Below are positions 18,590-27,918 of a stretch of DNA of 64,000 nt, piece by piece (within the stretch, counting starts at the first letter, position 1; every line of letters starts with the position of its first letter). The DNA is taken from NCBI GenBank assembly GCA_963702895.1, contig OY969767.1, positions 1 to 64,000 on the forward strand, given 5' to 3'. The stretch is from an uncultured Elusimicrobia bacterium. GTDB taxonomy: Bacteria; Elusimicrobiota; Elusimicrobia; 2-01-FULL-59-12. The translations under genes and the position numbers were made by a program. The notes beneath the pieces were generated by a model that was given only the letters and a program-made list of their open reading frames with translations, was not told where the DNA came from and made no database searches.

Positions 18590-18968
18590 CGTTCATGTAC
18601 TTCCACATTTTGGCGAGAAGATTCTTCTTCACGGCTTCGGTGTTGAGCGACAGGGTTGTTTTGGCGATGGGAGTTGCTTCCGCAGGCGCTGTTGCCAAAG
18701 GGGCCGGACGCTCGGGGGCACTCTGGGCGGGCGCCGGCGGTACCGGGGGATTGGCCTGTGAAAGCAGCGGTTGGCTTTTCTCAAGGATGGACATGCGCGC
18801 TTCCATACTTTCTAACTTTTCCGAGATATGCTCCGCGATCTGTTCGAGCGATTGCAGGCGCTTTCGGTCGACGGAAGAGGGCGCTTGCGGCGCCGGCGTG
18901 GCGGCGCTTGGCAGCGGAACCTGGTCGCTGGCCGGCACGCTGATTTCTGGAATAGGAAGGATTCGCAT
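18564..18968 (-). CDS. Pro/Ala-rich protein with a short coiled coil
   Basis: Starts 1 nt after the upstream stop. Two Pro-rich tracts flank LQSLEQIAEHISEKLESMEARMSILE. Confidence 0.7.
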   Translation of the reverse strand: MRILPIPEISVPASDQVPLPSAATPAPQAPSSVDRKRLQSLEQIAEHISEKLESMEARMSILEKSQPLLSQANPPVPPAPAQSAPERPAPLATAPAEATPIAKTTLSLNTEAVKKNLLAKMWKYMNDEQPSRAA

Positions 18969-18969
18969 G

Positions 18970-21258
18970 CTAGGCCGCCTTCATAAAGGGGTGCTTGTTG
19001 GGAGGGCGAAGCCATGCGAGCAGCGACTGCATTTCCTGCATTTGCTGCCGGATGGCGGTGAGCGCCTTTGCGGCTTCGGCGCTGGCTTGCACCGCGCCTG
19101 AGGCAGCCGCCTCTTGGCTGGCCGCTGTCATGGCCTCGGTGTTCAGTTGCTGGGCCTCCACAAGGGTTTTCTCCCAGCGCGCCTGGGCTTCGGCCCACTG
19201 TTTTTCTTGTTCCGCCCAAGCTTTTTCCTTTTCGGCCCAGGCTTCATCGCGCTCGTTGCGCTCCGCCTGGAGTTGGGCGACGGTGTTCTTCCATTCCACT
19301 TGTGCGCGCATCATCGCTTCCATGTCGCGGCGCAGCGCGGCGAGCTCTTTTTCCGTTTGGGTTTTATACAGCACGAGCTCATTCTTCTCCTCGCGCAAGG
19401 CTTCAAGCTCTTCTTCCTTGTTCTTGATGACGCCTTCATGATTGAGGATCATGCCTTCCTGGTTCTGAATGACATCCTCCTGATCCTGAATGACCCCTTG
19501 CTGCTTTTGGATGACCCCTTGTTGGTTTTGGATGAGCTCCTGTTGGGATTGCGCCTCGGTTTGAAAGTTCTTCAGGCTTGCGAGCTCCATCTCCAATTGG
19601 GTTTTCCCTTCTTGAGCGGACGCCAGGCTCTTCGTGAGGTCATTCAGACGGTCTTCCAGGTTGGAGTCCAGCATCTGCAGTTCTGCGATGCGCTGGAGAT
19701 ATTGCCTGTTTTGCCGCTCACGCTCGGACTGCTCTTCTTGGAACCTGGCGGTGGCGAGTTCTTGCTCTTGGAGGAGCGATTCCAGGCGTTGGCGGTCTGA
19801 CGTTTTCGTCGCTTCTTCTTCTTTCTGGAGCGTCTGAATCCGTTCTTGGAGGAGTTGGATTTCCTGTTCCGCCTGCTGGCGGTCGCTCTCCATTTTGGCG
19901 GCGATGGCCTTTTGAGCTTCCAGCGCCTGGCCCAGTTGAGCCTTCAATTGCTGCACCACCGGCTGATGCTCCTGTTCCCACTTCGTCTTTTCTGCGTCGA
20001 GTCGCCTCTCATAGGTTTCGGGTAAATGATGGAGCGCCTCTTCACGCATTTCATGACGGACCTTTTCGATTTGCTGACGCAGCGACGCACGTTCGGCTTC
20101 CAGCCGCCCGGCTTCTTCTCCCTTGTTCTGAACGGCCTTCCGGAGAGATTCGTTCTCCGTCCTGACCTGAGAGATCGTGCTTTCCCAATAGTCGGTTCTT
20201 TCTTCTTCGCGCCGCGTGAAATCGCGCTTGATCTGCTCCTCCATCCGCTTCAAGTCAGCGCGATGACGCTCCTGTTCCTGTTGCCGCTGGGATTCTGAAA
20301 TCTGAAGTTGATTTTGGAGCATCGCCACCTGGGCCTTGATGGCCCCCGCTTCCCGGACCTGCGCGTCGAGTTCGCTCTGCAGCGCGCGAAGCTCGGCGGA
20401 TTTCTCTTTTTCCAAGGACCGCCGCTGTTCGGCCGCCTCTTCGCGCAAGCGATCCTGGGCCTCTTCCTTTTCTTCTTGGGCTGACTTAAAGTGTTCCGCG
20501 TCCAGTTCCATCTGGCGCTTCGCCTGCGCGAGCTCCTCTTCTTTTTTGCGGAGCGTGTGGGTCCACTGCGTTTTCTCCTCCTGATAGCGCTCTTCGACTT
20601 CCCGGAGTCGGCGCGAGAGGTTCTTTTCGACATCCTGTTCAATGAGTTCTCGTTCCTTCAGCTGATTCTTCAAGGCCATCATCCAGGACGCGCGCTCTTC
20701 CGTGAGCCGCCGCTCGAGCTCCTTGGTCTGATTTTCCGCTCGCGAGCGAGATTCCTGAAGGTCCTGCTCATGTTTTTCCCGCCGGAGTTTGTCTTGCATC
20801 TCACGAAGCTGAGTCTCGACGCGCGAGGACAGGGCTTCTTCTTCCTTGGCCCGAAGGCTTTGGAGCAGCACTTTTTCCTGTTCATCCTTCAGCTGTTTGC
20901 GTAACTCCTCCAGTTGGGTCTCCATGGTTTTCTTGTTCTTCTCCTGGTCCTCAAAGCGCTTTTCCATCTCCTGCAGGCGTTGCTCGAACGCTGATGGGCC
21001 CGTTCCTGGCAAGGCCGGAAGCCCGGCAACGGGCGCAGAAGGCACAGGCGATGCCGGACGCGCGAGGGGCGTGGGCATGGAAACCGGAATCGACGCAGGG
21101 GCCCCCAAAGGCGCAGGCGTCATAGGGCCCGGAGGGACCCCCAGCTGCGGTGGAAGCACATTCCCGGCTGAGCCCCCTGCTCCCATGCGCGGTGGCGGAG
21201 GTGGCACGGGTTTGTGTGCCGACGGCGGCGGTGGTGGAACGGAATAGTTATCAGCCAT
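18970..21258 (-). CDS. Long coiled-coil protein with Pro-rich N-terminus (762 aa)
   Basis: About 90 Pro-rich residues, then continuous E/Q/K/R-rich helix. No ATPase motif. Confidence 0.85.
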   Translation of the reverse strand: MADNYSVPPPPPSAHKPVPPPPPRMGAGGSAGNVLPPQLGVPPGPMTPAPLGAPASIPVSMPTPLARPASPVPSAPVAGLPALPGTGPSAFEQRLQEMEKRFEDQEKNKKTMETQLEELRKQLKDEQEKVLLQSLRAKEEEALSSRVETQLREMQDKLRREKHEQDLQESRSRAENQTKELERRLTEERASWMMALKNQLKERELIEQDVEKNLSRRLREVEERYQEEKTQWTHTLRKKEEELAQAKRQMELDAEHFKSAQEEKEEAQDRLREEAAEQRRSLEKEKSAELRALQSELDAQVREAGAIKAQVAMLQNQLQISESQRQQEQERHRADLKRMEEQIKRDFTRREEERTDYWESTISQVRTENESLRKAVQNKGEEAGRLEAERASLRQQIEKVRHEMREEALHHLPETYERRLDAEKTKWEQEHQPVVQQLKAQLGQALEAQKAIAAKMESDRQQAEQEIQLLQERIQTLQKEEEATKTSDRQRLESLLQEQELATARFQEEQSERERQNRQYLQRIAELQMLDSNLEDRLNDLTKSLASAQEGKTQLEMELASLKNFQTEAQSQQELIQNQQGVIQKQQGVIQDQEDVIQNQEGMILNHEGVIKNKEEELEALREEKNELVLYKTQTEKELAALRRDMEAMMRAQVEWKNTVAQLQAERNERDEAWAEKEKAWAEQEKQWAEAQARWEKTLVEAQQLNTEAMTAASQEAAASGAVQASAEAAKALTAIRQQMQEMQSLLAWLRPPNKHPFMKAA
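19420..19545 (-). repeat. 21-bp (7-aa) tandem repeat inside the coiled-coil gene
   Basis: QELIQNQ QGVIQKQ QGVIQDQ EDVIQNQ EGMILNH EGVIKNK. Confidence 0.8.
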
Positions 21259-21269
21259 GGGAATTCTCC

Positions 21270-24200
21270 TTAGGAAGCCTTTCTTTCATCGATAGAAGCC
21301 TGAAGTCGATCCACCCAGTTTGCCAATTGTGAATTGTTAGGGTCCAGCTCTTTGGCCAGCGCCGCGATCGTCATCGCCTTGGCCATGTCGCCCTGGGCGT
21401 AATACGTCAGCGCCAAATATTGGTAGGCCGCCCCCCAGCGGGGGTCCTTTTGCACACATTTCTCGAAGGCCCGCGCAGCCGCGTCCCACTGTTGGGACTG
21501 GTAGGACGTCACACCTTCTTCAAAAGCGTTCCAAGTCGCGGCGCTGGAGATCCCCTGCTTGTTGGGAGAGCGCTGGCCTCTTTGGCGAAGCCCTTCCATG
21601 GTCTTGCGCAAAGATTCCGCCTGCTCTTTGGCGCTCTCGCGGAGCAGGTCCATCTCACGACTCCGGGCCTCAAGCGTCTCGCGCAGGGCCTGGGTTTTCT
21701 GCTCGCCATCCGCCAAGAGCGTCTCGTAATGTTCTTGCAGGCTTTCCCGCTCGGCGCTGATGCGGCGAAGGTTCTCCTCTAAAGCGCGCTTTTGATGTTC
21801 CATCGTTTGCACGATCTCAGAGGACCCCACCATTTCCTCTTTGCGGAGCTCGGTGTGGCGGAAAGTCAAGTCGCTCAGCTCCTGGCGCCGTTCCCGGAGT
21901 TGTTTTTCGAGGTCCGTTTTTTCCGCCTCGTAGCGCGTTCGGGCGCTCGCGGTTTCCTGACCGAGCTGCTGGCGCAGCTTGTCGAGCTCTTCGGCGCGCC
22001 GCTTTTGCTCATCCCGAAGCCGCTTCTCCCTTAGGACCAGGCGCGCTTTAAGCATCTTGAGCTCATCCTCTTTGGCGTGGATGCGCGTTTCCCAGCTGCT
22101 GCGCTCTGCTTCCAGGTCACTCGTCAGATGCCCCAAGCGATCCTCCAGGGGACGCCGATCTCGCTCCATCTGGGCCTGGAGCCGCTGCTTGTGGGTCTCC
22201 ATACTGGCTTCCTGGAAGGTGATATCCATCTTGAGCTTCGCCATGGCTTCATCGGTTTGGCGCAGCTCCGCTTGGAAGCGGTTTTGCATACTCACGAGCT
22301 CATGTTCTAAATGGGCTTTTTCCTGCTGGAGCGCCTGCTTATCGGTCTGCCATTGTTCGAGGGTGGCCTGCCATTCGCTTTCGGCCTTCTTTTCCTGGCT
22401 GCGAACGGCTTCTGAGGAACGGGTCATTTCTTCATCGCGCTCTTGGAGGCGCTTCTCAGAGGCCTGGACGAGTTCCTCTAATTCCTTCTCTTGTTTGCGA
22501 ATGCGGACGGCCAGGTCCTGGCGTTCCTGGTGGGACGCCCTCTCAAACTCTTCGGTATCGTTTTTGATCTGAGCTTCACAGCGCGCGAGCTCCTGGCGCA
22601 GGGCACTCAGCTGGTCGGCCTTTTCCTTGCGAAGGGCCTCCCAATGATCCTGGGCCTGGCTGACATGGAGCTTCAATTGTTCCGTTTGCGCACGCAGGGT
22701 GTCATTGGTCCCGCGCCAGGAGGCCACTTTCTGATTGAATTCCTCCCCCAGGGCTTTGAGGTGCTCTTTGGAGCGCGCGAGTATCCCCTGCAGCTCCTGC
22801 TCTTTGGCCGCGAGCGCCGCTTCTTGAGATTGACGCGTATCCTGAATGCGCTTCTGCAGAGCGGCCAGATTCGTCGCCATGGCCTGCTTCTGCGCTTCAA
22901 AGACCGAGTTCTTCTGGGCGATCTCCTGGTCCCGCTGGGCCTTGAGGCGCAGGATCTCATTTTCGAGTGCCGCGATCTCCTTTTGTCTGGTTGCGAGCTG
23001 TCGCTCCGAAACCTCCTTGCGGTCCTTGAGCTTCCACTCCAGTTCCTCCTTGGCTTTTTCCAGCTGGAATCGTTCTTCCGCAAATTGTTTCGCGAGGCGG
23101 TCCAGCTCGCCCTGTCGCTCCGACTCCTTGCCCAAAAGGTTCGCCTGCAAAGCGGCAATCTCCGAATCGCGTTCCGCCAGTTTCTTGGCCCATTCTTCTT
23201 GCGTCAACGCGAGCGTCTTCTGGAGAGCGACCTCTTTTTGCTTGCCGCGACGTTCATAGGCCGACAGGGCCTTCTCAAAACGGTCGAGCGTCCGCTGGTG
23301 CTTTTTCTGGGCTTCCGAGAGCTGCTGCTGAAGTCCCGCGATGACCCCCTCGCGCTCTTGGATCTGCTGCGGCTGAAGCGCCTCTATCGATTGGATCTCT
23401 TGCTCGATGTGCCGAATGATGTCTTGGAGAGTCCGGGACTTGAGCGTCGCTTGGTGAAGCAGTTCACGCCGCTGCGTTTCATGCGCCACGGCTTGGGCGC
23501 GAATTCGTTCTTCCAGATCTTGGATCTGCTTGGACTTTTCTTCGTCGGCATCTTGGGCCGAGCGCAGGACCCCCTCCCGCTCGGAAGCCAAGGACTCCAG
23601 ACGCGCCTTCCACTGGGCACGCTCGTCCCTGATGCGGGCCTCCAGAGCAGCCTTGTCCAAGCGCTCCTTTTCCGCCAGTTGACTCAGATGCGCCTGAGCC
23701 TCCTCTTGCTCCTGATGCAGCTGCTTCATCTGTTGCTCGTGGCCTAAGCGTTCTTGTGCGAGCGCTTCTTCGACCGCCAACTTCGTTTCCTCGAGGGGTT
23801 TGAGATCAGCGGCAAAACGTTGTCCTTCCTGCGCGAGCATCGCGACCTGTTGGGCCTCCTGCTTGTGGAGTTCCTCTTGGAGCGCCAGGCTCTCTTTTTC
23901 CTTCTTCTCGATCTCCTCCTGCCAGTGTGTCCGGATCCGGTCTGTTTCGGCTTGCGCGGAGGTGATCTGCTTTTCAATCTGCGACCGCTCCGCGTCTAAA
24001 ATCTGTTCTTTCACGCGCAGGTTCGAGGCAATCTCTTTATGCTTGAGCTCCAGGCCCTGTCGCAGGGACGCCAGTTGTGACGCGTTGGACTGAATGACGG
24101 CCCGCGCTTCTTCCCTGGCCCGGGCCAAATCGGCTTCGAGCGCCGCGGTGCGCGCTTTGATGCTTTCAGACTCTTTCTGCGCGGACTGTTTCTTCTCGTG

Positions 24201-26099
24201 CAAGGCCTCCTCGAGTTCTTTGGGAAGGGTTTGCAGGCGTGTCGCGAAACTCGCGCGTTCTTTTTCTTTGCTTTGCAGGAGGCCCTGGATCCTGGTTTCC
24301 TCATCCTTCTTCATGGTCAGGAAAGCTTCTAAGGCCAGGCGGCGTTCCTCGACGCGCTTCTGAAGGCGATCTCTCATTTCCTGGGACCGCTGCAGGAGCG
24401 CCTCTTCTTTTTGGCGGTGATCGTCTTCCAGCGCCTGAATGACAGCCAACTGGTCCTTTTGCGCTTTCTCGCTGCTCTCTTTGGTCCGAGCCAGGTCCCG
24501 TTCGACGGCGCGCAGTCTGATTTTGACCGCGTCCATCTCGCGTCCCAGTGTTTCTTCCTGCGTCTCATAACGCTTGCGCAGTTCCGCTTCCTGAGGACCG
24601 ACGGCCTCTTTGGCCTCCTTAAGCGCTTGGTCGCGAAGACGGAGCTCGTCCTGCCACCGGAGCTTGGCCGTCTCGAGCTCACGCTCGGCGTTCGTCTTCT
24701 GCTCTTCGAGGGACTGGATCTGGGCCTGCAGGGACGCGTTTTCGGCCTCGTTCTTCTCTTTCAGTTCCGTTTGGTGCTGTTGATGAGACATCACGAGCGA
24801 GGTCTGTTCAGACCTGAGTTTTTCCAAGATGTCCGAGCGGCGGGCCTGCTCCTGTTGATAGCGGGCCAGGAGCGTCTGGTGCTCTTGGCACAAAGACTCT
24901 TTTTCTGCGGTGATCACGGACAGACGCGTCTGCAGATCGACTTCCATGGAGCGCAGTTTCGTGTGAATGTCGTCCTTGAGACTTGCGATCTCCTGTTCTT
25001 TGGCTTCCATGGACCTCTGCCAGCGGCTTTGCTCTTCCTGCATCTGGTGCTGCAGGCTGTGCGTTTGCGCTGTGAGGCTCGCGACAGCCTCCTGAAAAGC
25101 TTTTTGGATCTGATCCAGCTGTCCCTTGGCTTCACTTTCCGTGAGAAGCATTTTGACTTTGAGCTGCTGGATCTGTTCATCCCGCTGGCGGGTCAATTCT
25201 TCCCAGTTCTGCGACTCCTTGCTGATATGCGCTTTGAGCGAGGATAGTTTTTCCTGGGCCCTTTGCTGGCGAAGAGAGATCTCATGCAGGCGGCGTTCCT
25301 GCTCAAGCTGCCAGACGGACTGTTTTTCCTGAAAGGTGGTGTGCAGGCGCAGGCGCTCCTGTTCTTTGGTTTTCACCGCTTCTTCCCAGGCTTTGCGTTT
25401 GTCCGCCCACTGCCGCTCGAGTTCTTTGATGCGCGTCTGCCACAATTCCATCGCGGCCGCATGCTGCGCCTGGCGCTGCTTCAAATCATGTTCAAGAGCG
25501 GTCTCGCGCCGCAGAAGGTCTTGTTTGAGACTGGCGAGTTCCGTTTCTTTGGCCTGAAGCAAATCCTGCCACTTCTTTCTTTCTTCAAGGAGTTTGGATT
25601 CCTGTTCTTTCAGGACCGCTTCGGCCCGATCGGCCGCTTCCTTTTCGGCCTCCTCCGCCTGCGTCAAGGCCGCCTTTGTTTTCTGTTGCTCCGTTTCGCT
25701 CTGTGTGTGGGATTCCTGGACGATCTTTTCCCTTTCCTTGAGCGTTTTCTCCCACTGCTTCATGTCGTCCTGAAGCCGGCGTTCGAAATATCGGATTTCC
25801 CTGTCCGCGTCCTGCTGAAGAAGCTGCAAAGCCTGCCCTTGCGCTTCGCGCGTGGTGCGTGTTGAAATATCGATTTTCCCCAGCGTCCCGCGAAGGGCCA
25901 GGATCTCGTTTTCAAGCGCCTGAAGCTTTGCTTCGCCTTCCGACTTTTCTTTGCTGATGAGTCGGCCGAGCTCTTCCAGGGTGGGGCTTTTCTCAGGCGG
26001 TTTTTGGGGAAGCGGCGGTATTTCGGCCCGTTTTGGGTCCGGGGGCGGCGCGCCGGAATCTTTTTTTATAATCGATCGAAAATGGTCAGACAGTGACAT
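21270..26099 (-). CDS. Very long coiled-coil protein with 61-residue repeats and a C-terminal TPR (1609 aa)
   Basis: W-x3-hydrophobic-x2-[KR][ED] motif recurs at 61-residue spacing. TPR-like end (FEEGVTSY..AARAFEKC..AYQYLALTYY). Confidence 0.88.
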   Translation of the reverse strand: MSLSDHFRSIIKKDSGAPPPDPKRAEIPPLPQKPPEKSPTLEELGRLISKEKSEGEAKLQALENEILALRGTLGKIDISTRTTREAQGQALQLLQQDADREIRYFERRLQDDMKQWEKTLKEREKIVQESHTQSETEQQKTKAALTQAEEAEKEAADRAEAVLKEQESKLLEERKKWQDLLQAKETELASLKQDLLRRETALEHDLKQRQAQHAAAMELWQTRIKELERQWADKRKAWEEAVKTKEQERLRLHTTFQEKQSVWQLEQERRLHEISLRQQRAQEKLSSLKAHISKESQNWEELTRQRDEQIQQLKVKMLLTESEAKGQLDQIQKAFQEAVASLTAQTHSLQHQMQEEQSRWQRSMEAKEQEIASLKDDIHTKLRSMEVDLQTRLSVITAEKESLCQEHQTLLARYQQEQARRSDILEKLRSEQTSLVMSHQQHQTELKEKNEAENASLQAQIQSLEEQKTNAERELETAKLRWQDELRLRDQALKEAKEAVGPQEAELRKRYETQEETLGREMDAVKIRLRAVERDLARTKESSEKAQKDQLAVIQALEDDHRQKEEALLQRSQEMRDRLQKRVEERRLALEAFLTMKKDEETRIQGLLQSKEKERASFATRLQTLPKELEEALHEKKQSAQKESESIKARTAALEADLARAREEARAVIQSNASQLASLRQGLELKHKEIASNLRVKEQILDAERSQIEKQITSAQAETDRIRTHWQEEIEKKEKESLALQEELHKQEAQQVAMLAQEGQRFAADLKPLEETKLAVEEALAQERLGHEQQMKQLHQEQEEAQAHLSQLAEKERLDKAALEARIRDERAQWKARLESLASEREGVLRSAQDADEEKSKQIQDLEERIRAQAVAHETQRRELLHQATLKSRTLQDIIRHIEQEIQSIEALQPQQIQEREGVIAGLQQQLSEAQKKHQRTLDRFEKALSAYERRGKQKEVALQKTLALTQEEWAKKLAERDSEIAALQANLLGKESERQGELDRLAKQFAEERFQLEKAKEELEWKLKDRKEVSERQLATRQKEIAALENEILRLKAQRDQEIAQKNSVFEAQKQAMATNLAALQKRIQDTRQSQEAALAAKEQELQGILARSKEHLKALGEEFNQKVASWRGTNDTLRAQTEQLKLHVSQAQDHWEALRKEKADQLSALRQELARCEAQIKNDTEEFERASHQERQDLAVRIRKQEKELEELVQASEKRLQERDEEMTRSSEAVRSQEKKAESEWQATLEQWQTDKQALQQEKAHLEHELVSMQNRFQAELRQTDEAMAKLKMDITFQEASMETHKQRLQAQMERDRRPLEDRLGHLTSDLEAERSSWETRIHAKEDELKMLKARLVLREKRLRDEQKRRAEELDKLRQQLGQETASARTRYEAEKTDLEKQLRERRQELSDLTFRHTELRKEEMVGSSEIVQTMEHQKRALEENLRRISAERESLQEHYETLLADGEQKTQALRETLEARSREMDLLRESAKEQAESLRKTMEGLRQRGQRSPNKQGISSAATWNAFEEGVTSYQSQQWDAAARAFEKCVQKDPRWGAAYQYLALTYYAQGDMAKAMTIAALAKELDPNNSQLANWVDRLQASIDERKAS

Positions 26100-26111
26100 G
26101 GGCGTGGTATG

Positions 26112-26139
26112 AGTTTAGGGCGAAAAGACAGCGTTTCAA
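26112..26139 (-). promoter_or_regulatory. Sigma70-like promoter for the coiled-coil operon
   Basis: TTGAAA (26139-26134), 16 bp, TAAACT (26117-26112), 12 nt before the ATG. Confidence 0.5.
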
Positions 26140-26280
26140 GCTTTTATTTACGGCCACCTGGCGTTGATCGCAAGAAACAAAAACGCACCTATATAACAAT
26201 ACGTTCTTGCGGGTGACTTTCTTCTCAATCTGATCGTGGGGATGGGTTAGGGGCCGGCTCATGATGTCTTCCTTATATAG

Positions 26281-27912
26281 CTACTCCGGACGCAGCTGTT
26301 TCATGAACTCTGGGATTTCCTTGTCGCCTGGGTCGATCTCGAGGACTTTGGACCAGAGTTTACGCGCGCGTGTGTGGTCATCGAGGAGGAAGAACGCCGA
26401 TCCCATGATTTTCAATGACGTTAAATCATTTGGATTAAAGTCCAGAATGTCCTGGCATTTCTTGATGGCGACATCATAGCGGCCCTCCAGGATCGCCTGC
26501 CTTGCGTCAAAGACCTTTTGATCGATGGGCGAGAAGAGTTCAGGACCTTTCGGAGGATCCGTTTTGTCCATGTTCGCTTCCGCCTCAATCTTGTTCAACA
26601 GAGACAAGAGTTTGTCGTTCTTGGGGTCTTTGTAGTAAGCCTGCCGCAGCGAGGCGACCGTCCCTTTCACATCATTGTTGGCGTAATAAAGGAGAGCCTT
26701 TCGGGTCATTTGCGCCGACTCCTCTTGTCCCATCGAGCTGGGCACGGTTGCCACCACTTTCTGGAATCTTTCCGCGAGGGTCTGGACATGCTTATTGGTG
26801 GGGTCGGCATCCAGCGCCGCCTGGAGTTGTTCCTGCACCATCAGATAATTGCCCTTTTGCGCGGCGCCAAACGCCTTTTGGACCATCTGGTTGACATTCT
26901 CCTCACGGCGCTCCAGGACCGATCGGCCGAACTTCCAGGAGACGCCCATGCGTGTCGAGCTGCCCAAGGCATGAAGTCCAATCGAGTAATCCAGAGTGAC
27001 CGATTTGATGGTGTAGCCAAATCCAACGTCCGTTTCCCGGATGCCTTCACCGAGGCCTCCTTGCACGCCAAAGCGGCCCTTAAAGCGTTTAGAAAAACCA
27101 AATTCGCCGCCCATGTGCCATCCGAGACTGGCGCGCGCGCTCTTGTCGATATCAAAGGCAAGGAGCAGGCGCTTTTTAAAGAACTGATCCGATACGCCAA
27201 ACCGAAACATGAGCGGCATGACGTCTTCGGTATCCCCGGAGACTTTCGCGTAGACGTTTTTCATCACCAGGCCCAGCCGCCTTCGCCCTTCTTTCATGTC
27301 GATCAGGGCGCCCAAGTCCGCGGTTAAGGAGGAGTCCGAGGACGTGTCCACGCTTCGAGAGAGTTTGTTCAAGGCTGTTCCGATCGAAACACGATCGACC
27401 ACCTTACGGCCATACGACCAGCTCAGGGCCGACTCTTCGACAGCGAAGTTTCCTGCCGTGTTGTAGCTTGTGTATTGCTGGGTGGTGGAATCATACGTGG
27501 CGGTGACTTTCTCAAAGCCGGCGCTCGCCAGCTTTGCCATGCTCAGACCCCAGGCGCTTCCCCCCTTTTTCGAGGGCTTGACGAAGGCGTAGTAGTCAAG
27601 AGTTGTGTCCGCGAAGAGTGTGGCTTTCATCAGCGTCAGTTCCTTGCGAGTCAGCTGGGAAAGACCGGCGGGGTTCCAGTACCCGGCGCTCGCGTCATCG
27701 GCCACACCGACGAAAGCAGCTCCCATGGCGAGGGACCTTGCGCCGGCGCCGTAGGAGAGCCATTGGCCAGGCTGACCGCCTGTGCCCGCGGCTTGGAGGG
27801 AAGACAGAGGAAGGAGAAGGGAGACAGCCACAAGAAACGCGAAAGCATTCCCTGTGCTTCCAGAGAATGAATGCGAAACCGCACGTTGGATCCGGACGAG
27901 TCGGTTCGTCAT
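26281..27912 (-). CDS. PorV/PorQ (FadL-like) outer-membrane beta-barrel protein with C-terminal TPR domains
   Basis: Signal-like segment, then GARSLAMGAAFVGVADDASAGYWNPAGL, amphipathic beta strands and a helical TPR tail. Start set to ATG 27912, just downstream of the riboswitch. Confidence 0.85.
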   Translation of the reverse strand: MTNRLVRIQRAVSHSFSGSTGNAFAFLVAVSLLLPLSSLQAAGTGGQPGQWLSYGAGARSLAMGAAFVGVADDASAGYWNPAGLSQLTRKELTLMKATLFADTTLDYYAFVKPSKKGGSAWGLSMAKLASAGFEKVTATYDSTTQQYTSYNTAGNFAVEESALSWSYGRKVVDRVSIGTALNKLSRSVDTSSDSSLTADLGALIDMKEGRRRLGLVMKNVYAKVSGDTEDVMPLMFRFGVSDQFFKKRLLLAFDIDKSARASLGWHMGGEFGFSKRFKGRFGVQGGLGEGIRETDVGFGYTIKSVTLDYSIGLHALGSSTRMGVSWKFGRSVLERREENVNQMVQKAFGAAQKGNYLMVQEQLQAALDADPTNKHVQTLAERFQKVVATVPSSMGQEESAQMTRKALLYYANNDVKGTVASLRQAYYKDPKNDKLLSLLNKIEAEANMDKTDPPKGPELFSPIDQKVFDARQAILEGRYDVAIKKCQDILDFNPNDLTSLKIMGSAFFLLDDHTRARKLWSKVLEIDPGDKEIPEFMKQLRPE

Positions 27913-27918
27913 GTCTTC

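Noticed and set aside
18970..26099. SMC/SbcC ATPases
   Set aside because: No Walker A/B, signature or hinge motifs in either coiled-coil protein.
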